The notes under the pieces: generated by a model | Seen by the model: the letters and a program-made list of their open reading frames with translations, nothing else | The model's database searches: none | Told to the model about the DNA's origin: nothing | From: Candidatus Krumholzibacteriia bacterium | Lineage (GTDB): Bacteria > Krumholzibacteriota > Krumholzibacteriia > LZORAL124-64-63 | DNA length: 24,519 nt | Reading direction: 5' to 3' | NCBI GenBank assembly: GCA_036351155.1 | Contig: JAZBOO010000008.1 | Span: 1-24,519 of the forward strand | Made by a program: the position numbers and the translations under genes | Shown: positions 18,243-24,519 of the stretch, in pieces | Layout: each line of letters starts with the position of its first letter | How positions within the stretch are numbered: the first letter of the stretch is position 1

Positions 18243-18590
18243 TCATTCGATAATGTTGTCGATGTCCAGTTCCTGGGCCACGAGGCCCCGCTTCTTCATG
18301 CTCTCGACCAGAACCATGCGGATCATGGCACAGGCCTCGATGATGCGCCGGTCGGCAGGACTGTAGAACACCGAGGTGCCTTCCTTGCGCATCTTGACCA
18401 GGTGCTTGCTCTTCAGGAGTGTCAGATGCCGGCTCACGGTGGACAGGGGACAATCGATGGCCTCGGCCAGCTCCCCCACACTCATTTCCTGCTTGTCCAG
18501 ACACGCCATGATGGCCAGCCGTTTACTGCTGGCCAGCACCCCGCAATACGAGGCGTGAATCTCAAAGATTTCCATGTTCCGAACTTTCAT
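18243..18590 (-). CDS. ArsR/SmtB-family transcriptional regulator (4 Cys)
   Basis: Winged-HTH pattern LASSKRLAIM..EMSVGELA...STVSRHLTLLK..LV..RKEGTSVFYS. Alternative start at 18575. Confidence 0.93.
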   Translation of the reverse strand: MKVRNMEIFEIHASYCGVLASSKRLAIMACLDKQEMSVGELAEAIDCPLSTVSRHLTLLKSKHLVKMRKEGTSVFYSPADRRIIEACAMIRMVLVESMKKRGLVAQELDIDNIIE

Positions 18591-18627
18591 AAGTTCGAAA
18601 GTAATAGGTCTACCTAAAAGCTGTCAA
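18577..18627 (-). promoter_or_regulatory. arsR promoter with overlapping inverted-repeat operator
   Basis: Minus strand TTGACA (18627-18622) - 18 nt - TACTTT (18603-18598), then 7 nt to the ATG at 18590. The inverted repeat CGAACTT-TCAT-AAGTTCG (18580-18597) is centred on that ATG. Confidence 0.65.
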
Positions 18628-18655
18628 ATAAAAAACCGCCCTTTTTCAGAGAATC

Positions 18656-18664
18656 TGGTATGAT
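18656..18664 (+). promoter_or_regulatory. Extended -10 promoter candidate for ogt
   Basis: TG-G-TATGAT, 33 nt before the ATG. RBS GGAGG at 18687-18691. Confidence 0.5.
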
Positions 18665-18697
18665 GTTCCGGTCGTTGGGCTTACCCGGAGGCTACCC

Positions 18698-19303
18698 ATG
18701 GTGCGCTACTCCCTGATGCGAACGGTTCTGGACCCTCTGCTGGCCATTGCGGGGCCCCAGGGGCTGGTCCGGCTGGAGTTCCTGCCCCAGGCCTGGGAAT
18801 ACCACATCCGCGCCCATGCCGTGGCCCGCCAGCACTTTACCTGTTCCCGGGGTCTGGTTGCCACCGCCGGCGGCCCGGGTGCCGCCTCCTCTCCGCCCGA
18901 AGACCTGGTGATTCGTGAAGATGACCGGGCCTTCGACGATCTGCGTCAGCAGCTGGCCGAGTACTTCACCGGCCAGCGCACGGAGTTCCAGATTCCCCTC
19001 GATCTGCGCGGCACCGATTTTCAGACCAAGGTGTGGCAACAGCTCATGCACATCCCCTACGGCAAGCTGCGGACCTATGGCGAAGTGGCCCGGGCCATGC
19101 GCCAGCCGAAGGCCACCCGGGCCGTGGGCCAGGCCGCCGGTCACAATCCCTTGCCCATCCTGGTGCCCTGCCACCGGGTGATCGGCAAGGGCGGATCCCT
19201 GGTGGGTTTCGCGGGCGGCCTCACCACCAAGGCCAGATTATTGCGCCTTGAAGGCCACACCCTGGGCAGCTCCACCCGCATCGAGGAACCACGGCTTTTC
19301 TGA
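18698..19303 (+). CDS. ogt: Methylated-DNA--protein-cysteine methyltransferase
   Basis: GTDFQTKVW..L..IPYG..RTYGEVA, RAVGQA..NPLPILVPCHRVIG (active-site PCHR), KARLLRLEG. Confidence 0.92.
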   Translation: MVRYSLMRTVLDPLLAIAGPQGLVRLEFLPQAWEYHIRAHAVARQHFTCSRGLVATAGGPGAASSPPEDLVIREDDRAFDDLRQQLAEYFTGQRTEFQIPLDLRGTDFQTKVWQQLMHIPYGKLRTYGEVARAMRQPKATRAVGQAAGHNPLPILVPCHRVIGKGGSLVGFAGGLTTKARLLRLEGHTLGSSTRIEEPRLF

Positions 19304-21348
19304 TGACCTTTCTCGACTGGACCATCGTCGCGATCATGTACATTGCCATCGTGGGCACGGTGGTGGTCACCCGCCGGCATATGAGGGGCGTGGCCGACTA
19401 CCTGGCCGCCCGCCGTACGGCCGGCCGCTACCTGTTGACCGTTTCGGCGGGGATTGCGGGAGTTGGCGCCATCACCGTGGTGGCCAACCTGGAGATGGGC
19501 TACGAGGCCGGCTTTGCCCAGTGGTGGTGGGGGCTCACAGCCAGCCTGGTGCTGGTGATCATCAAGGTCTCGGGCTGGGTCACCTACCGGTTTCGCCGCA
19601 CCCGGTCCTTGACCCTGGCCGAGTTCTTCGAGCGGCGCTACAGCCGCCGATTCCGCATCTTCGGCGGCACGGTGGCGTTTCTGGCCGGGCTGATCAACTT
19701 CGGCATCTTCCCCTCGGTGGGCGCCCGGTTTTTCATCCACTTCCTGGGGTTGCCCGAGACCTGGCAACTGGGAGCTCTGGCCCTCCCGGTATTCCCCACG
19801 GTCATGGCCCTGTTGCTGATCACTGCCGTGTTCTTTGTCTTTGCCGGCGGACAGGTGGCCGTCCTGATCACCGACTTCATCCAGGGCGCCTTCGCCAACG
19901 TGGTGTTCCTGCTGGTGGTGGTTTACCTGCTGCATCTGATCGGCTGGGACGCCGTGGGGCAAGTGCTCACCCAGGTCGAACCTGGTCACTCGAAGATCAA
20001 CCCCTTTGACACCGGCTACGTGGCCGATTTCAATTTCATGTACTTCTTCATCGGCATGATCGGCCTGTTTTACGGGGCCATGTCCTGGCAGGGCACCCAG
20101 GCCTACTACACCTCGGCTCGGACCGCTCACGAGGGCAAGATGGGCGGCGTGCTCGAAACCTGGCGCCTGCGCACCCAGGAAGTGTTCATGTTCGTGGTGC
20201 CCATCCTGGTATTCACCGTGATGCATCACCAGGGGTGGACCGGGTTTGCCGGTGGCATCGAAGATCGCCTGACCGATATCGACAACCCCGCCGTGCGCAA
20301 CCAGATGCGCGGCCCTCTGGTGCTGGCCGCCCTCCTGCCCAAGGGGCTGCTGGGCGCATTTGCCGCCCTCATGCTGGGGGCCTTCATCAGCACTCACAAC
20401 ACCTACCTTCACAGCTGGAGCAGCATCTTCATCCAGGATGTGGTGCTGCCCTTCCGCAAGACCCCCCTGAGCTCCACGGCTCACCTGCGGCTGTTGCGCG
20501 GCGGGGTGGTGGGTGTCGCCCTGTTCATTTTTTTCTTCAGTCTGTTCTACCAGCAAAGCCAGGCCATTCTGCTGTTTTTCGCCCTGACAGGGGCCATCTT
20601 CGCCGGCTGGTCGGGCGCGGTGATCATCGGCGGGCTGTACACCCGCTGGGGCACCACCCTGGCTGCCTGGGCGGCCACCGTGTCGGGGGTCACCCTGGCC
20701 TTGACCGGCTTTGTCCTGGAACAAGCCCAGCGCAGCTGGCGCGACACTGGCGTGGTGTTCTGGGGCCTGCTGGATGGAGTGGGGAACGAGCAGGCCGCCC
20801 TGTGGGCCGCGTGGGTCGAGACCCATCTGCCCAACGGCCAGCAGATGTGGGGCTGGTCCATGTGGGTATGTTCGGTCATCTACGTGGTGGTCTCGCTGGT
20901 GGAGCAACGCTGGCGACCGGGCCGATTCGATCTGGACCGGTTGCTGCATCGGGGACGATTCGCCCTGGAAGGGGAAACCGAAAGCGGGACCCCGGGACCG
21001 GCCAATCGCGGGCGTATTCTGGGCATAACCGCCGAGTTCGGTCGCCGGGACCGGTTCCTCTATTTCCTGACCTGGGGCTGGAATCTGGCCTGGGTCCTGG
21101 TTTTTGCCGTCGGCACCATTTTTTTCCTGACCCGACGGCTGGAAGCCGGTCAGTGGACCGGATACGACACCGCCTGGCTCACTTTCTGGAAATCCAAGAT
21201 CTGGATCGAGATCGGCGTGGGCTGTGTGGTGGTGGTGTGGTTCACCTGGGGAGGTATCCGCGATTTGCGGCGCATGCTCCGGGATCTGGGTACCCGGGAG
21301 GTGGACGATCGCGATGATGGTGTGGTCAATGAAGCGGGCCAGGAATGA
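19303..21348 (+). CDS. Sodium:solute symporter (SSS) family transporter
   Basis: LDWTIVAIMY..DYLAARR, TLAEFFERRYS, GGQVAVLITDFIQG, LPKGLLGAFAALMLGAFISTHNTYLHSWSS. More than 13 hydrophobic segments. TGATG overlap with ogt. Confidence 0.92.
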   Translation: MTFLDWTIVAIMYIAIVGTVVVTRRHMRGVADYLAARRTAGRYLLTVSAGIAGVGAITVVANLEMGYEAGFAQWWWGLTASLVLVIIKVSGWVTYRFRRTRSLTLAEFFERRYSRRFRIFGGTVAFLAGLINFGIFPSVGARFFIHFLGLPETWQLGALALPVFPTVMALLLITAVFFVFAGGQVAVLITDFIQGAFANVVFLLVVVYLLHLIGWDAVGQVLTQVEPGHSKINPFDTGYVADFNFMYFFIGMIGLFYGAMSWQGTQAYYTSARTAHEGKMGGVLETWRLRTQEVFMFVVPILVFTVMHHQGWTGFAGGIEDRLTDIDNPAVRNQMRGPLVLAALLPKGLLGAFAALMLGAFISTHNTYLHSWSSIFIQDVVLPFRKTPLSSTAHLRLLRGGVVGVALFIFFFSLFYQQSQAILLFFALTGAIFAGWSGAVIIGGLYTRWGTTLAAWAATVSGVTLALTGFVLEQAQRSWRDTGVVFWGLLDGVGNEQAALWAAWVETHLPNGQQMWGWSMWVCSVIYVVVSLVEQRWRPGRFDLDRLLHRGRFALEGETESGTPGPANRGRILGITAEFGRRDRFLYFLTWGWNLAWVLVFAVGTIFFLTRRLEAGQWTGYDTAWLTFWKSKIWIEIGVGCVVVVWFTWGGIRDLRRMLRDLGTREVDDRDDGVVNEAGQE

Positions 21349-21426
21349 ACACAGAGTTGATCTATAACGGAGACTCTGGTAATTTTTCATGAAATTATTT
21401 TTTCAGAATCACTAAGGCGGTACGCC

Positions 21427-22419
21427 ATGACCCCAAGTAGCCCTACCTACCCCCATCCGGCAGAGGTTTACCTGGAAGTCGCCCAGGTTATGATGCTGGG
21501 CCTGAGCCCCGCCGGACAGGTCACCATGATCAATCCCAAGGGCTGCGAACTGCTGGGATACACCCAGGAAGAAGTCCTTGGCAAGGATTGGTTCACCACC
21601 TTTTTGCCCACGGAGAAAGCTCCTCAGATCAAAAAAATATTTCTCCAAACCCTGGCTGACTCGCAATCCATTCCCCGGTACAACGAGAACGAAATCCGGT
21701 GCAAGGACGGCAGCATCCGCGTGATCGCCTGGCATAACAGCATGGTGTCTGACGAGAATGGGCAGCTGCTGGAAATCCTGAGTTCAGGAGCGGATATCAC
21801 CGAACAGCATGAGCGGGTCAAGCGCCACGAGGAACTCACCATCCAGCACCTGGCCATCCTGGACGGGCTGGACGTTGTGGTGTACGTGGCCGACATGGAC
21901 ACTTACGAGATTCTTTATCTCAACGACTTTGCCAAGCAGATGGTGGGCCAAATGGAAGGCCAAAAGTGTTACGAGCATCTGCAGGTAGGACAGACAGGGC
22001 CCTGTGATTTCTGCACCAACGACAAGCTGATCGATGCCCAGGGCCAGCCCACCGGACCCTATGTCTGGGAGTTCCAGAACACCCGTTTCGATACCTGGAG
22101 CCGGATCGTGGACAAGGCCATCACCTGGGCCGATGGCCGGATCGTACGCCTGGAAGTGGCCGCCGACATCCCCGATCTGAAGCACGCTCACGCCGAGAAC
22201 CTGGCCTTGATCGCCAAGCTCCAGAAAGCCCTGGATGAGGTGGACACCCTGCGCGGCATCATCCCCATCTGTTCCTACTGCAAGAAGGTGCGGGACGACC
22301 AGGGCTTCTGGGACCAGGTGGAGCAATACTTCGCCAAAAGATCCGGGGCAGAGTTCTCCCATGGAATCTGCCCCGAATGCATGGACAAGAATTTTCCGAA
22401 AGAAGAGTCGGAAGAATAA
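21427..22419 (+). CDS. PAS-PAS sensor protein with C-terminal Cys4 (IPICSYCKK...FSHGICPEC) domain
   Basis: First PAS/PAC: INPKGCELLGYTQEEVLGKDW, CKDGSIRVIAW, DITE. Second PAS: VYVADMDTYEILYLN, KCY, PCDFC. A coiled coil leads into the CxxC...CxxC tail. No kinase or GGDEF motifs. Confidence 0.88.
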   Translation: MTPSSPTYPHPAEVYLEVAQVMMLGLSPAGQVTMINPKGCELLGYTQEEVLGKDWFTTFLPTEKAPQIKKIFLQTLADSQSIPRYNENEIRCKDGSIRVIAWHNSMVSDENGQLLEILSSGADITEQHERVKRHEELTIQHLAILDGLDVVVYVADMDTYEILYLNDFAKQMVGQMEGQKCYEHLQVGQTGPCDFCTNDKLIDAQGQPTGPYVWEFQNTRFDTWSRIVDKAITWADGRIVRLEVAADIPDLKHAHAENLALIAKLQKALDEVDTLRGIIPICSYCKKVRDDQGFWDQVEQYFAKRSGAEFSHGICPECMDKNFPKEESEE

Positions 22420-22423
22420 GCCC

Positions 22424-23047
22424 TCATTTCCTCTTGTCCGCGAACTTGTGCCGGAACTTGTCCAGCTTGGGATTGATCACCACCTGGCAATAACCCTGGT
22501 TGCTGTTGTTGGCATAGTAGTTCTGGTGGTAGTCCTCGGCCGGGTAGAACCGGTCCAGCGGCTCCAGCTGGGTCACCACCGGCTTGTCGTACACCCGGTC
22601 CTTCTTGAGCTCCTCCATGACCGCCCTGGCGATCACCTTCTGGCTTTCCGATTCATGGAAGATGACCGATCGATACTGAGTGCCCACATCGGCCCCCTGA
22701 CGATTCAGGGTGGTCGGGTCGTGGATGGTGAAAAACACCGCCAGGATTTCCTGATAGCTGGTCACCTGGGGGTCGAAGGTCACCCGCACCACCTCGGCAT
22801 GTCCGGTTTCGCCGGTGGTCACCTCGCGGTAGGTCGTGGGGCCATTCCCTCCGGCATATCCCGACACGGCCCCGTGCACACCTTCCATCTCCTCGTACAC
22901 TGCTTCCAGACACCAGAAACAGCCGCCGCCCAGGGTGGCCGTTTCGCGCTGTCCACTGTCCTGCTTCGTGTCGCCCACGGCAATGGTCCTTCCTGCGGTC
23001 AGGGTGAACAGGATCACCAGAACCGCCATGTATGTTTTCAGCCTCAT
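22424..23047 (-). CDS. msrA: Peptide-methionine (S)-S-oxide reductase with N-terminal signal-like sequence
   Basis: GGGCFWCLE, SGYAGG, TGHAEVV, HDPTTLNRQGADVGTQYRS, FYPAEDYHQNY, GYC. Start taken at MRLKTYMAVLVILFTL after AGAGG. Confidence 0.96.
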   Translation of the reverse strand: MRLKTYMAVLVILFTLTAGRTIAVGDTKQDSGQRETATLGGGCFWCLEAVYEEMEGVHGAVSGYAGGNGPTTYREVTTGETGHAEVVRVTFDPQVTSYQEILAVFFTIHDPTTLNRQGADVGTQYRSVIFHESESQKVIARAVMEELKKDRVYDKPVVTQLEPLDRFYPAEDYHQNYYANNSNQGYCQVVINPKLDKFRHKFADKRK

Positions 23048-23135
23048 GGCTTGACCTCTTCTTTCCGTTTCATTCTCTCCAGTTGCGGGGTCCATCATCT
23101 CTCACTAAGCTCCCCCTGAATGAGGGGATGTACTG

Positions 23136-23888
23136 ATGAGTGGATCTCGCCTCGCCTTTATTACACTGATGGGGGTGATCATGAGCCTCAATCCCACCAA
23201 TCCCGGCCGTTCCCAGGAGGACATCTGGGCCGAACCTCGGCAGCAGATGCTGCTTTCGGTGGCCAATGATGCCGCGCGCAACAGCCACGTCCTCGGGCGG
23301 GCCCAGCTTTCCCCCGCGGTGGCCAAGGCCCTGGCCCTGACCCCTCGGCACGAGTTCGTTCCCTCGGAATACCGACATCGAGCCTACGAGAACTGCGCCC
23401 TGCCCATCGGCCAGGGGCAAACCATCAGTCAACCCACCATCGTGGCCCTGATGACCGACCTGCTGCAGGTGGGGCCCGAAGACACCGTCCTGGAAGTCGG
23501 GACCGGCTCGGGGTATCAGGCTGCGGTGCTGGCAGGGGTGGTAGGTCAGGTCGAAACCATCGAGATCGTCCCCGAACTGGCCCGATCCGCCCGCAAACGC
23601 CTGGACCGACTGGGTTACCACAACGTACGAGTACACGAGGGAGACGGCTACATGGGGTTACCCGAAATGGCGCCCTTCGATGGGATCATGGTCACGGCGG
23701 CGGCCGCCCGGGTGCCGGGCCCCTTGCTGGAGCAGCTGAAGCCGGGGGCCAGGCTGGTCATCCCGGTGGGTCCGGCAGCCTACACCCAGCAGTTGACGGT
23801 GTGGACACGAGACGAGGCGGGATTGTTTCACGAGGAGAAGTTGCTGCCGGTGCGCTTTGTGCCGCTCGTGCGCAAGGGGGAAAATTGA
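23136..23888 (+). CDS. pcm: Protein-L-isoaspartate O-methyltransferase
   Basis: PRHEFVP, AYENCALPIGQGQTISQP, VLEVGTGSGYQAAVLA, GDGYMG..APFDGIMVTAA, PVRFVPLV. Start could be a later Met. Confidence 0.95.
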   Translation: MSGSRLAFITLMGVIMSLNPTNPGRSQEDIWAEPRQQMLLSVANDAARNSHVLGRAQLSPAVAKALALTPRHEFVPSEYRHRAYENCALPIGQGQTISQPTIVALMTDLLQVGPEDTVLEVGTGSGYQAAVLAGVVGQVETIEIVPELARSARKRLDRLGYHNVRVHEGDGYMGLPEMAPFDGIMVTAAAARVPGPLLEQLKPGARLVIPVGPAAYTQQLTVWTRDEAGLFHEEKLLPVRFVPLVRKGEN

Positions 23889-23896
23889 AGCCGCCC

Positions 23897-24238
23897 TCAA
23901 TCCACGTTGATGCTCTTGACCCTCAACTCGCGTCCCTGCTTCACATCGAAAACCGGGAGGCCGCACCCCGGACACAGGGCCACCGGATAGGTCACCGGCA
24001 CGTCCTTGTCACACTGGGAGCAGCGGCCAAGCCCGGCGATATGGTGGATGACCAGCTGCGCCCGGTGGGCCAGGTTGTTCTTCCGCGCCACGGTGAAACA
24101 GAATTCCAGGGCCTCGACCTCCACTCCGGCCAGCTCCCCGATTTCCACCTCGATGGTATTGATGACCTGGGCCCCCGCCGCCCTGGCTTGCTCTTCAACA
24201 ATGTTCAGGATTCCAGAAATGATGGACATTTCATGCAT
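23897..24238 (-). CDS. hypA: Hydrogenase maturation nickel metallochaperone
   Basis: N-terminal MHEMSI, IGELAGVE..ALEFCF, two CxxC (CSQC, CPGC), GRELRVKSINVD. 113 aa. Confidence 0.96.
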   Translation of the reverse strand: MHEMSIISGILNIVEEQARAAGAQVINTIEVEIGELAGVEVEALEFCFTVARKNNLAHRAQLVIHHIAGLGRCSQCDKDVPVTYPVALCPGCGLPVFDVKQGRELRVKSINVD

Positions 24239-24519
24239 GGGAGCATCCTCTGGTCGCGGGTTGGGGTGTGGCCGTTGCAAACTATTCAGGGAGCCTTCCT
24301 CTGTAAAGTTCGGAATTATCGGACCGATCATGAACGAGATATTGCCTTGACCAGAACCAAGGTGCATCATCGCGCCAGATGAGCCCTCGACTCTTTCATA
24401 CTTTCAGGAAATCACCAGGTGCAGAAAAAAACCGATCCACCTCCCTCTTTACGTAATATCACCGCGCTGCGGCCCTATCTGTCCCTCCTGAAAGGCCAGA
24501 CTTTCGACCTTTCGTTGAC

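Noticed and set aside
18216..18245. arsR TGA followed by a hairpin as a second Sec-recoding site
   Set aside because: The ArsR domain is already complete, there is no Cys-motif context, and read-through meets another TGA after 8 codons.
6263..21390. Long antisense ORFs (e.g. 6263..8413+, 8732..9823-, 9862..11625-, 11656..12822+, 12901..14109+, 19141..21390-)
   Set aside because: They are shadows of real genes produced by GC-rich codon bias, with no recognisable motifs and complete overlap with well-supported CDSs.
22905..22935. MsrA as a selenoprotein form
   Set aside because: The active site reads GCFWC with ordinary Cys codons and there is no in-frame TGA.
1..24519. Genome-wide TGA reassignment (genetic code 4 or 25)
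   Set aside because: TGA is the evident stop at the natural C-termini of galE, maeB, ogt, msrA, pcm and hypA.

Overview
GC-rich bacterial window with 19 supportable CDSs and no rRNA, tRNA, CRISPR array or mobile element. Two proteins end in a PNPFNP...IYDV.G..V..L...WD... sorting domain, which suggests an FCB-superphylum lineage (inference). From left to right: a 5'-truncated outer-membrane beta-barrel followed by a 12-heme cytochrome and a 14-heme repeat lipoprotein (porin-cytochrome conduit-like); an exported Cache + CheD-like fusion; galE; maeB; an MscS-family channel; a secreted 8-blade beta-propeller; an S8 peptidase with two PKD domains; an ArsR regulator upstream of a HybA-like/NrfD-like/13-heme module; ogt; a Na+/solute symporter; a PAS-PAS protein; msrA; pcm; hypA. 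The strongest observation is that the ORF track splits the beta-propeller gene at an in-frame TGA (10282-10284). This TGA completes a C-I-G-U (CxxU) motif, is followed by a SECIS-like hairpin, and the blade repeat continues through it in frame, making this a candidate secreted beta-propeller selenoprotein. Other leads are the Cache-CheD-like fusion, a terminator/antiterminator-like leader upstream of the redox module, and a possible quinone-to-surface electron-transfer set (39 CxxCH motifs). All calls come from reading motifs by eye; no database searches or folding programs were run.
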